Program-made: the position numbers and the translations under genes
The notes under the pieces: generated by a model
What the model saw: the letters and a program-made list of their open reading frames with translations, nothing else
Told to the model about the DNA's origin: nothing
Database searches by the model: none
Origin: a virus
Lineage: Duplodnaviria > Caudoviricetes
DNA length: 61,150 nucleotides
IMG/VR virus record: IMGVR_UViG_3300031704_000002
Location: 1-61,150 of that record
Reading direction: 5' to 3' (one strand)
Part shown: one piece after another, positions 37,201-46,659 of the stretch
Position numbering within the stretch: the stretch's first letter is position 1
Layout of the letters: every line of letters begins with the position of its first letter

Positions 37201-37349
37201 TCTTTTCCTCTTTGAATTTAGATACAGTCATAGCCACATCGTCGTAGATACCGTCAGATCCTTGTACGAACCTACGAGCATTTTTCTCACCGTGTTCATG
37301 CTTTACGTTGTACACGTCATACAACGCCCCTTTCTCGTAGAATTGAGTT

Positions 37350-38108
37350 TCAGACAGCACACAACGCAGCTTCGAATTTGTCTTGATCATTTGATTTGTT
37401 TGACCAGAGTAGTGAGGTTCCAAACTTTCCATTTTCAATTTCCTTTCGGAATCCTATAATGTGAGAGAGATGATGTGCGGATACTTGGTATCCATCTTTG
37501 TAGTCTTTATTGTATTTAATAGCAATCTTATCACACCAAGAGTTCCACATGTGTTCTGGATTCTTCATTGGCTCGTGATAACATAGACCGATATATCTAG
37601 TTACAAGATCGCGATTACGCCAAACGTTGTATTCGTAATTAGGGTAGGGGGAATTATCGTAATTTGGCTTTTTATTTGCTTTCAAAACCCTGTCTGATAA
37701 CTTTGATATTGTCTCCCACCTAATACTTTTGTAGGGACGGGAACTAGGTAGTTCAAACTTGTGCTTTTTGTTAAAGTCCTGTATGTGATGTGTATCAATG
37801 CAACCTATGGGGTGCCCACACATTTGCAGAACAAAACCAACTTTTGTAAGATTCAGACCCTTTATATCCAGCAAGTGGTAAAACCTATCAGTGAGACAAA
37901 ACTCTTCGCTTGTTGCAGCTTCAAAGTACTTATCAACGTTGTCAACAAGATGTGACCAACCTTCTTCTGTTGTTGAGGTAATTTTGTTATCTACATCAAT
38001 TCTGTTAAAAGGGCGTCGAATTGAATGCATTGTAAACCTACACACAGCAAGGAAGCCTTCAATAGACTTCGCTTGCTGTGCAATAAGGGGGACATGTTCA
38101 TTATACAT
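37350..38108 (-). CDS. HhH-GPD glycosylase-like protein
   Basis: LLDIKGLNLTKVGFVLQMCG...CIDTH resembles a helix-hairpin-helix plus catalytic Asp motif. Confidence 0.45.
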   Translation of the reverse strand: MYNEHVPLIAQQAKSIEGFLAVCRFTMHSIRRPFNRIDVDNKITSTTEEGWSHLVDNVDKYFEAATSEEFCLTDRFYHLLDIKGLNLTKVGFVLQMCGHPIGCIDTHHIQDFNKKHKFELPSSRPYKSIRWETISKLSDRVLKANKKPNYDNSPYPNYEYNVWRNRDLVTRYIGLCYHEPMKNPEHMWNSWCDKIAIKYNKDYKDGYQVSAHHLSHIIGFRKEIENGKFGTSLLWSNKSNDQDKFEAALCAV

Positions 38109-38123
38109 GTTTAATATTTTCCT

Positions 38124-40226
38124 TTAGATTTCGCAACCTCCAGCGACGCAAGCTAGCTCTTGACTACCTTTTGTCATGTCGGTGCTTTCATAAAATGAAA
38201 GTAGAGACCAATCAACCTCTACACTACGTTCACGGCTCCATTCTCTGTATTCTTCTTCAGAGATTTCAGCATAAGGAGCTTGCTGATAAGTCCCGCCATC
38301 GTAAGGCAAGAAAGAAACACCAGACATCTTGTCAAAGTGCTCATAGACAAATTTTCCTACTTCTTCCCATTCGTGATCTTCAACTGAAATTGTCACAGAT
38401 GGTTTGTGCTCACACCAGTGATCTTGGTAAACAAGCCAAGTCTTAAGCTGATCAATAGCATTCATATCATGCCTAAAGACGGCTTTGTCTGGCGCTTTCA
38501 TTGGAAAATAGAATACAGTGCTGCTATACTCTTCTTCTCCAACTACTTGATATTCTTTCAAAAGAGTTTTAGTCTTAATATCAAAGACATAGCTGTTGTT
38601 ATTGATTTTCCCTTCTTCGTCTTTAGAAAGATTTTCATAGTCTTCCACGATAGCAAGCCCACCTTTACTGAAAAACTCCATAACATTAGGCTCCCAGTAC
38701 ACTCCTTGATCCTTCATAAGAAGGGTAACAGGGTCTTTGTTATCATTTCGTACTGTACGAAGGTAGTATGGAGCAAAACGAGTATGGATGCCAGAGGCAC
38801 TATCTACCATTTGAGACACTGTACCACTAGGCTTTACACAAGTAATAGCAACAGACTGATTAATGCCTAGCTTATTTGCCCAAATACGGTTCACCTCTAC
38901 AGCATACCCCCTGAAGTAATCAAGGGTTGCCTCCAGACCAGAGTTCTTACGAGTCATTAGAGGGTTATCCATAATACCAGTAAGAGACACGCCTAGGAGT
39001 CTTTCTTCTTCAGTATTCTTTTTCCAGATACTACGTAGATTAGGGAAATGGGTTAGAGTAGATTGGATAGTACCAAGAATCACCGCTTTGCGGATCTTCT
39101 CTTTAATATCTTCAACGGTATCTTTGGGCCGTATAACAGCCTCTGTTAAGTTACAGAACTGATAAGGACGAAGGATTATTTCACTGCACGGATTTGTGCC
39201 AAAGTCAATCTTTTCCCAACGACTTGGGTCATTAGCACTTGTAGCATGGGTCATACGACGACCGTGTTTTTTAATAATCCTTTGTGCCGCTTCTCTGTTG
39301 AAGATACCCCTCTCACCAGAACCAGATTTAATCAAGGCCTGCCATTCTTCCCAGAAAGTGGCTTCGTTTGGCTTATGGTCATATGCAACTGAGTTATTGC
39401 TCAGAGCACGTTCAGGATGTACAATATACCATTCACCCTCTTTAGCAATGCGAAGCTCAGCGTCATCAAGGTCGGAAAGCGAGATCATTGCGGATCGACG
39501 GACTCCACCAACAACAATAACTTGAGCAATCTTGCACATTATGTCATGACACTCTTGTGTTTTAAGTTGGCGACCTCTCGCCTCACGAAACACTTTAACA
39601 ACGAAATGAAAAAGATCTTCTAGCGGTTCAGGTCCACTAGCACGTCCACCAAAAGTTTTTAGTGGGGTACCAGCTTTACGGACACGAGTTGTGTCCCAGC
39701 TAGGCTCAATGCCAGAAAAGAGTAGGGATATAAGCTGATGCAAAGCATCCGCCCAACTTTCTTTGAAGTCTTCCACAATAATTTGTGTAGGGACTTTTGT
39801 CATAGTCTCTGCAACTTCAGGAAGGTCACACACAAACTTATCTTCTACAGAGAAACCAACACCTGTACCGTTTGACAAGATAATCATAGTTTCTCTAAAG
39901 GAATGGATGTTGTCAACAACAAGAAAAGCACAATTAAAGCCAGCCGTGTTATCTCGATCCAGAGCAGGTCCTGCTGTCATCATTGCCCTCATAGAAGGCA
40001 TGGCTTCAAGATCATAAATACCTTGTCGTAGTTCTGAGATCACATCAAGGTCCTCTTGGCTTAATTCGCCAATGTGACCCTTCATAACACTGATGACAAC
40101 ATTATCAATGTATCTATCTACCGTTTCATGGTAGTTTTCTCGCCTTTGGAGGAACTCAATCCATCGAGCATAACGAGAAAGGGCAATAAACTTTTGGTAA
40201 GAAGTAGGTAGTTCGGATGAATTCAT
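38124..40226 (-). CDS. nrdJ: Class II (B12-dependent) ribonucleotide reductase
   Basis: PSMRAM, GFNCAF, GGVRRSAMI, TNPCSEI, TCVKPSGTVSQ, C-terminal CVAGGCEI; no beta subunit in the window. Confidence 0.92.
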   Translation of the reverse strand: MNSSELPTSYQKFIALSRYARWIEFLQRRENYHETVDRYIDNVVISVMKGHIGELSQEDLDVISELRQGIYDLEAMPSMRAMMTAGPALDRDNTAGFNCAFLVVDNIHSFRETMIILSNGTGVGFSVEDKFVCDLPEVAETMTKVPTQIIVEDFKESWADALHQLISLLFSGIEPSWDTTRVRKAGTPLKTFGGRASGPEPLEDLFHFVVKVFREARGRQLKTQECHDIMCKIAQVIVVGGVRRSAMISLSDLDDAELRIAKEGEWYIVHPERALSNNSVAYDHKPNEATFWEEWQALIKSGSGERGIFNREAAQRIIKKHGRRMTHATSANDPSRWEKIDFGTNPCSEIILRPYQFCNLTEAVIRPKDTVEDIKEKIRKAVILGTIQSTLTHFPNLRSIWKKNTEEERLLGVSLTGIMDNPLMTRKNSGLEATLDYFRGYAVEVNRIWANKLGINQSVAITCVKPSGTVSQMVDSASGIHTRFAPYYLRTVRNDNKDPVTLLMKDQGVYWEPNVMEFFSKGGLAIVEDYENLSKDEEGKINNNSYVFDIKTKTLLKEYQVVGEEEYSSTVFYFPMKAPDKAVFRHDMNAIDQLKTWLVYQDHWCEHKPSVTISVEDHEWEEVGKFVYEHFDKMSGVSFLPYDGGTYQQAPYAEISEEEYREWSRERSVEVDWSLLSFYESTDMTKGSQELACVAGGCEI

Positions 40227-40945
40227 TAGTCCTCCTATGGTAGTTTCTAGTATTACACCCCCACCGTTAAGCGGGGGGTGATTATTATTTAAAGGTCTCT
40301 TGGGAGGTATCTCCCTTCTTTTTCAACAAGTTGCACCTCTTCTAGAGGTGGTCCGTTGTACCTTTTTTCTGCTGGTAGCCAGTCCTCAGCTAGGATGAGG
40401 GTCCGTTTAGAAAAAGGGGTTACCTTAAACAGAACTTTTTGGTCTATTCTCTCGTCACCTAGGTAGAAGAGCCCTAACTCAGCTTTTGCATTACATCTCT
40501 TTTTTGTAACTGGTAGAACTTTGAGACAAATTCCTACATAAATTCGTCCATCCATTCCACCTTTAGAATAAATAACATGGTTACCTATTCTGATCTCTCT
40601 TCCAAATCGATCAGGGACATAGTCTTTACTCTTGTCAGTCGTGCCGTTAAAGAGGTCCATCGTTGTATTCCTTTGGATTATTTGATTTACTAAGACTGAC
40701 CACACGATCAATGTATGCATCAGCAACGGCGATTAGACTTTCTGGAGCTTTGTCGTTGAAGTGTGTTTTAGGAGAAACCTTATTCGTCAACCTAACATAG
40801 CTTAACCAATAACTTCTGCATACTGCGTTTTTTTCACATACTGAAAAATGGCGTCCTGACATCTTTTCAATGACACACTTAACTCGATAGTCAACTTGGT
40901 ATATAGTTTCGGTTTTCATGCTGTATTCCTACATCAGGGTTATTG

Positions 40946-41161
40946 TTACATTCCCTTTTTAAGGTAAAACCAAATGACAACTAACACAAAGAAGATGAGG
41001 ATAATAGCAAGCGGGATCAAAAGAGGTGAAAGTACCCACCACCAAGACCATGATGCAACTACACCAACTTGGCCTAGTTTAAGACCCACAAACAGCAGGG
41101 TTAGTAGTTGCAGGAACCCTACGAACCTGTAGTTGTGTTCAACAGTTTTTTTCTCAGACAT
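40946..41161 (-). CDS. Small membrane protein (WSWWWV family)
   Basis: LFVGLKL....WSWWWVLSPL motif. Confidence 0.75.
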   Translation of the reverse strand: MSEKKTVEHNYRFVGFLQLLTLLFVGLKLGQVGVVASWSWWWVLSPLLIPLAIILIFFVLVVIWFYLKKGM

Positions 41162-41240
41162 CTTATCTCCTATATAGTTATTAGACTAATTTGTTATTTA
41201 ATGAGGCAGGTTCCTTACCCTGCCCCACCGTAGTTATTCT

Positions 41241-41262
41241 TCATCTTTAACGTCACCTAAAT
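41241..41262 (-). promoter_or_regulatory. Phage RNAP promoter, class A
   Basis: ATTTAGGTGACGTTAAAGATGA; first 11 nt identical to the SP6 promoter. Confidence 0.75.
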
Positions 41263-41438
41263 TTTTCTTTGATTGCTCATACTTATCTAGCTCCTTTAGC
41301 ACTTCTCGTGCTGTTTCTGCCGGGTAAGTCCCCATGACCCAGTGCCAATTTACAAAGCTCCTTATAGCTTCAATGTTGCCACCAAAGAAGTTAAGTAACG
41401 CCCTCAGATTATCACTTACTTGTATTGTCCTTTTAATT

Positions 41439-44156
41439 TTAGATTTCTTTCATTTCTTCTACTCTCATGAGCTTGTCTGTATCAGCCTGCATCCTTCCAG
41501 TTTTATGATTGTAATATAGCTTACCAGCAGGGCCGGTTTGGCCAGTGAAGCGACACTTGAGTACACTTAGCATCATAGTGTTTCGCTCTTTCTCGTCGTC
41601 TGACTCTTGGTTTCTTGCAAAGCCAATGACGTCGAAAGAAATCTGTTTGATAGAACCAGAATTGTGGGTGATTATATGGTTACCCAATAAGAACCTACCG
41701 TCTCCGTCTAAGGTAAAGCCATAGTATCTATCTTCATTAAGTTTCTCAATGATAATTCCTCTTTTTAGACAGTCATTACGTTTCCTACTAGGTGGTACTT
41801 TTGATGACTTTTGACAAGGTATCTTATCTATTGCACCTGAAATCGTTACTTGGTAAATAGTAGAGCCATATGAAGAATAGCTTATTGAAGTTATCTTTTG
41901 AGGGCGACAAGTACTATAAAAACCTAAAGACCTTGCAATGTTCTTTACGTCTTCCGCCATTGTTTTATCTTTCTGGTAAAAATAAAAACACCTGTCTTTC
42001 TTTGAGTAAGTTCCGTCTGTATCTATTAACCCGGCAATTAACTGGATTCTATTTTCCCTAGAGTTAAACTTATAGTCAGGAGGAATGTGTTTGTTATTTA
42101 GAACACCAATATGCCTTAATTTATTGAGTAAATCATCTTTTGTAGTAGTTACAAAGTTGAAATATTCTTTCTTTCTATTAGATGGTGTCTTCAAAGTTGC
42201 ATTCAATTCTTCGCTTACCCTTTTTGCAATACCTAAGTCAGAAGCATCCATGATCCTGAAAGCAGACTTAGAACCGTCTCCAAGCCAAACCCCTAAAGAG
42301 TAAGGGGGTATAATAAGATCCTTATTATCTAGTTCATACCCTTCCGAGAAGTGTTGTTTACACCTAACCTGAAAGCTTTTACTTTTATCTAAAAAGTCTT
42401 TAACTTTCATATCAAACATTCTATTATTTCTTGATAGAGTCAATACATGGTTCTCATTACAGATAAAATAATCTTTTGATGTTTTGTTAGATACTTTATA
42501 CATACGTTGTTTACCGGTTTTTAGGCTCATAACTGTTCTTGGTAATGAGTCTGGACCCATGAGCTTGTCACCAACTTTGATGTCTTGTACTTTTACTTTT
42601 CTACCCTTATAGCTTAATACTTCTGTGTCATAAGCTAAACAACCTTTGATGTCGTCTAGGGACGGAATACGACCTTGTTCAAAAGTTTTCTGGTCGTTGT
42701 TTCTTTTACGAAGGTGAGAGATTAGACCAATCCACACATCATACTTCTTAGCTAGATGTAAGAGATTGTTCATAATCTTGTCAATGGCTTCATTACCAGT
42801 AAGCCCGTCTGAACCTTCAGAAACAAGAATTGTAATGTGATCGATAAAAAGATACTTACAACCTTTCAGACACATGAACTCTAGGTGGTCCATAATAGAC
42901 CCGTCGCTGATAGAGCCTTGATGGTCCAACACCAGAATATCTCCATCTGCGAAGACCTTATCAAAGCCTTCTCTCAAGTCTTCCATAGGGACATCTTCGT
43001 AAGAGGGGTTCTTGTTGATAGCCATACCAGAGAGCTTCCTAGTGTACTCCTCTGGTGACTCCTCTAGGCTGATGATACCTACCCTACTAGAAGAGTGAAC
43101 CCATGCCTCTCCGGTCTCCTCTGAGACACCCTGCTGTAGGTGGTAAACGATCTCTCTCATTAGGGTAGACTTCCCAGAGCCTGTGCCAGAGGCCCAAAGA
43201 GTGATTTCACCAGTTCGTATACCTTTAAGCCTTTCGTTTAGACCCTCCATATAGTCCGGGTAAGGTACAGACTGTTTATTGTTATATGCCTCTAGCCTTT
43301 CCCAGAGGTCTTTACCGTTAAGAATAGCAGCAGGAGAATACTCTCTAGCATCAGCAATAGCCCAAACTACGTGGTCTATGCCATACTCTTTTGCATAGTC
43401 GCAAGCATCCTTTACACCATCAACTGTCTGAACAACCTTAACCTTGTCGTAGCCAAGTATCTTAGCGGCTTCTTTAGTTGCTTTTTGACCGGGTCCGTCA
43501 TTATCAAACCAGATAACAATCTCATCAAACTTCCTGAGTTCCTCTCTTACGTCAATTAAGTCTTTTGTTGCAACGGAACTTTGAATAGAGTAAACAGGGT
43601 AGTGTCTTTTATAGATGCCGTAGTTGCCATCTTGTACTTTCATACAGTCGTCTTCACCTTCGGTGATTACTACCCTCTTACCCTTGTTTGGGAACAGACC
43701 CCAACCAAACAAGCCTTTCATTTCACCTACTGTGCCTTCAGAGAAATCCTTAGGTAGAACTCTCTTCTTATAGCCTTTTGGAATACCATCATCAATGTTA
43801 TAGGCATAATAAACTGCTTCTTGGTCCCCATCATCAAAGTAGGATACTTTACAGTTGTATAGCTCCATTGTTCGTAGAGATATTTTCTTCAACTCGTATT
43901 TATCCGAGTCATAGGCATCAAATACAGCTTTGGCAAACTTAGGGTCTTTACGATCAGACCAACCCTTTGGTTTTTTAGAGTATTCCTCCTTTGTTTTATA
44001 TTCTCCGGTACCCATTTCCTCTCCAGTATCGGGATCAAACGACCCTGATTTAAACTTTGCTCCACATTCTGCATTATGACAGTAACCACCACCATCATCA
44101 AAGACTGTGAAGCTGTTACCCCCATGAGCGGGGCAAATCTGATTATACTTGGGCAT
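41439..44156 (-). CDS. T7 gp4-like primase-helicase with intein
   Basis: Zn finger CPAH..CHNAEC, TOPRIM EGEDD/FDND, Walker A SGTGSGKS, FIDH, ISHLRK, KG|SGSIKQ, LKCRFTG. Confidence 0.95.
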   Translation of the reverse strand: MPKYNQICPAHGGNSFTVFDDGGGYCHNAECGAKFKSGSFDPDTGEEMGTGEYKTKEEYSKKPKGWSDRKDPKFAKAVFDAYDSDKYELKKISLRTMELYNCKVSYFDDGDQEAVYYAYNIDDGIPKGYKKRVLPKDFSEGTVGEMKGLFGWGLFPNKGKRVVITEGEDDCMKVQDGNYGIYKRHYPVYSIQSSVATKDLIDVREELRKFDEIVIWFDNDGPGQKATKEAAKILGYDKVKVVQTVDGVKDACDYAKEYGIDHVVWAIADAREYSPAAILNGKDLWERLEAYNNKQSVPYPDYMEGLNERLKGIRTGEITLWASGTGSGKSTLMREIVYHLQQGVSEETGEAWVHSSSRVGIISLEESPEEYTRKLSGMAINKNPSYEDVPMEDLREGFDKVFADGDILVLDHQGSISDGSIMDHLEFMCLKGCKYLFIDHITILVSEGSDGLTGNEAIDKIMNNLLHLAKKYDVWIGLISHLRKRNNDQKTFEQGRIPSLDDIKGCLAYDTEVLSYKGRKVKVQDIKVGDKLMGPDSLPRTVMSLKTGKQRMYKVSNKTSKDYFICNENHVLTLSRNNRMFDMKVKDFLDKSKSFQVRCKQHFSEGYELDNKDLIIPPYSLGVWLGDGSKSAFRIMDASDLGIAKRVSEELNATLKTPSNRKKEYFNFVTTTKDDLLNKLRHIGVLNNKHIPPDYKFNSRENRIQLIAGLIDTDGTYSKKDRCFYFYQKDKTMAEDVKNIARSLGFYSTCRPQKITSISYSSYGSTIYQVTISGAIDKIPCQKSSKVPPSRKRNDCLKRGIIIEKLNEDRYYGFTLDGDGRFLLGNHIITHNSGSIKQISFDVIGFARNQESDDEKERNTMMLSVLKCRFTGQTGPAGKLYYNHKTGRMQADTDKLMRVEEMKEI
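41661..42641 (-). mobile_element. Intein with LAGLIDADG homing endonuclease (327 aa)
   Basis: Starts CLAYDTEV, block B CNENHVL, LGVWLGDG and IAGLIDTDG, ends ITHN before Ser. Confidence 0.93.
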
Positions 44157-44296
44157 TTTACTCCTTTAGCATAGCCTGCGTCCAACTCTCAAGGGAAAAT
44201 TTATTATCTCCCAAGAAAGACACCCCACCAATAGGTTTATAGCCTTTTTGCATAAGACTATTAACTTGGCTCTCCAATATATACCTATCAGAACAC

Positions 44297-44926
44297 TTAA
44301 CTACTTTGTATTTCATTTTTCTTATTCCTTTCAAGGATCTTACGTTTGATTTTAGCAGCATACTTTTTTGTAGCCGAGGAAACGTTTTCGTGAGGAACAA
44401 ATTTAATTGCTGATATAACACGATTATATGAAGCGTACTCCCCCGAAGGAAGGGTAGAGGTTATAGAGTCAGAGAGCATTTGCAGGTAAACCTCTCCGTA
44501 GTAAAGACCACCTTTTGTTTTGTAGAGATCAATTATCTCAAACTCAAATGCGTCTTTTCCTAATTTGTTTATATCGTCTTTAAGATTTTTAGACGAACCC
44601 GCATAGGTTCTCCAAGAATGTTCTTTTCCGTATTTAGGTGATTTCTTTAATCCGTTATACCTAAACACTTTCTTGCCAATGTAAAATTTACCGTCACTTT
44701 TTCTTGTGATACAATAGACAAACCCAAACCACTCCGAAGTTCTAAATTTTCTTCGGAATGACCAGTGGCCTAGGTTGTCCTTAGACAATAACGGCGTGGG
44801 AATTGGTGATTTCTTCGTATTCTTCTGGGTCAAATGTCCAAATGTCTCCTTTTGTCCTCCAGATATGAAGGAGACTACCATTGAACAAAAGCTTCTTGAA
44901 ACCCTCGTTACCGTATTTAAGACCAT
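44297..44926 (-). CDS. GIY-YIG (Seg-like) endonuclease; real start probably near 44790
   Basis: FGFVYCIT....KFYIGKK, W.TYAGSS, F.FEII, YN motifs. Confidence 0.8.
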   Translation of the reverse strand: MVLNTVTRVSRSFCSMVVSFISGGQKETFGHLTQKNTKKSPIPTPLLSKDNLGHWSFRRKFRTSEWFGFVYCITRKSDGKFYIGKKVFRYNGLKKSPKYGKEHSWRTYAGSSKNLKDDINKLGKDAFEFEIIDLYKTKGGLYYGEVYLQMLSDSITSTLPSGEYASYNRVISAIKFVPHENVSSATKKYAAKIKRKILERNKKNEIQSS

Positions 44927-45665
44927 ACTCAGAAACTACCACCTCTTTGTGTTCTTGTGGTGTTGTCAAGCCCGACAAAATCTTACCTGCCTTGATTGGT
45001 CCTATTCCTTCTATACCCGGAATATTGTCAATGGAGTCGCCGGTCAACATCTGTTTCCAGAAAAATATATCGGCTTGTTCCTCATTGACGTGCCAACGCC
45101 TCTTAGCGTTAGCCTCTGTTTTTGGGTCTAAATGATATCCGGGTATCATGTCTAGGTCTTTGTCAACCGTGACTACAACATAGTTATCTTCCCCTAGCTT
45201 GGTAGCCCAGACACCAATAGCGTCATCTGCTTCGTAACCTTGACAGTAATGGGCATCAAATACATCTACTGCCCAGAACCTTAGCTCATCAATATAAGGC
45301 GCTCTTTTCTTATTAGATGTTGCCCTTGCTTTTTGAAGCTTGTACTCTGGATGTATTTTCTTTCGAAAGTTATCCTGAGAGTTGCCAACTGCCATTGAGT
45401 ACACAGCCTCTTCTTCTGGTATGTAGTGGCTCTCGAATATGTGCTCTACAAAATGCTCAAAACGGTCTTGAGCGTGTTCAATTGAAGGCTGATAGGTTTG
45501 TTTTGCTGCTTCTATCTCCTTAAGACTTGCACCTCTCCACTCCATCTCTTCTAAGTCAGCCTTAGATGCTGGTTTTTGCCAACAAGCCATGTGAACAAGA
45601 ATATCACCATCGATTAAGAGTCTCCTGTTCTTTGGCTTATACTGGATTACTTCCTGCATTATCAT
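44781..45665 (-). CDS. 5'-3' exonuclease (T7 gp6-like)
   Basis: LIDGD, NFRK...YK..R, EADD, DKDL, GDSIDNIPGI.GIG. Confidence 0.92.
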   Translation of the reverse strand: MIMQEVIQYKPKNRRLLIDGDILVHMACWQKPASKADLEEMEWRGASLKEIEAAKQTYQPSIEHAQDRFEHFVEHIFESHYIPEEEAVYSMAVGNSQDNFRKKIHPEYKLQKARATSNKKRAPYIDELRFWAVDVFDAHYCQGYEADDAIGVWATKLGEDNYVVVTVDKDLDMIPGYHLDPKTEANAKRRWHVNEEQADIFFWKQMLTGDSIDNIPGIEGIGPIKAGKILSGLTTPQEHKEVVVSEYGLKYGNEGFKKLLFNGSLLHIWRTKGDIWTFDPEEYEEITNSHAVIV

Positions 45666-46659
45666 CTTCCTTTGAAATTAGGTCAAGATCAATTCCTTGC
45701 ATTACAGCACTTAGGATTTCAGTCATCACCCCCTCATAAGCCTGTTGAAAAGCAACATCTTTTCCAATTGGGAAATCCGATACAATCTCAATTGGGTAAT
45801 CTGTCCCTTTCTTTGATGCTAGTTCATTAAGAGCAACTGCAACATTTGGAAAAGACTTTACCTCTAGTCGGAATCGGTAAGTGTATTCTTCTTCCTCACC
45901 CTCTTCGTGGGTAATTTCGTATTCGTATTTGTTCATATTAGTATCCATTGTTTACTTTTTTGCCCCGCGAATAGTCTTTGGTTTGAACCATTTCCAGTCA
46001 TTGACTCTTTCATTTTCAAAAGGTCTTGGACGTAGCTGTCCTGTAACCGGGTGATACTCTTTTTCTCCATTGAGAGGATGCAACCTATTAACCTTTTTGA
46101 TATTCTTTGGTTTCTTCTCCACTGCGTATTCTTTTATACCTTCTCCCCATACTTTTGGGGGTGTAGAGAGAAGTTTCCTTCAAGTTCATTTTCCCAATCT
46201 ACACCTAGAGCCTTTAGGAGTGCTGCAAGACACCTAACGTCAAACCTGACTGTGTCTACTCCAAAGTCTGTGTTTTGAACAATTTGAAGAACCCCATCTC
46301 TTGATATGTACACTTTCATAGGGTCTCCAGTAGGTTGCCTTTGGAAGTCTATAATTCTGACTCCAGACTTATTCTCAACGTTAATCAATATGTCTGGTAG
46401 CCTGTTTTCTTTTTTGTTTTTAGTCTTATGGGACATTTAGACCTTTCGATTTTACGAACTCTTCAAGCTCTAGAATTCTATACCACATAGAAAGAGTGAA
46501 GTTTGGTAGGTCATGGTGAAAGTTCAGACCTGTGTAGTAACCATGTCTCAAGACTCTACCGGGTTTATCATTAAAGTTTTTGTTGAACTCAATGCTATAA
46601 GTGTCGTCAATCTTTTTAACTTTGGTCATTGATTGTGTACCCTATCTTTCTTATTATGA

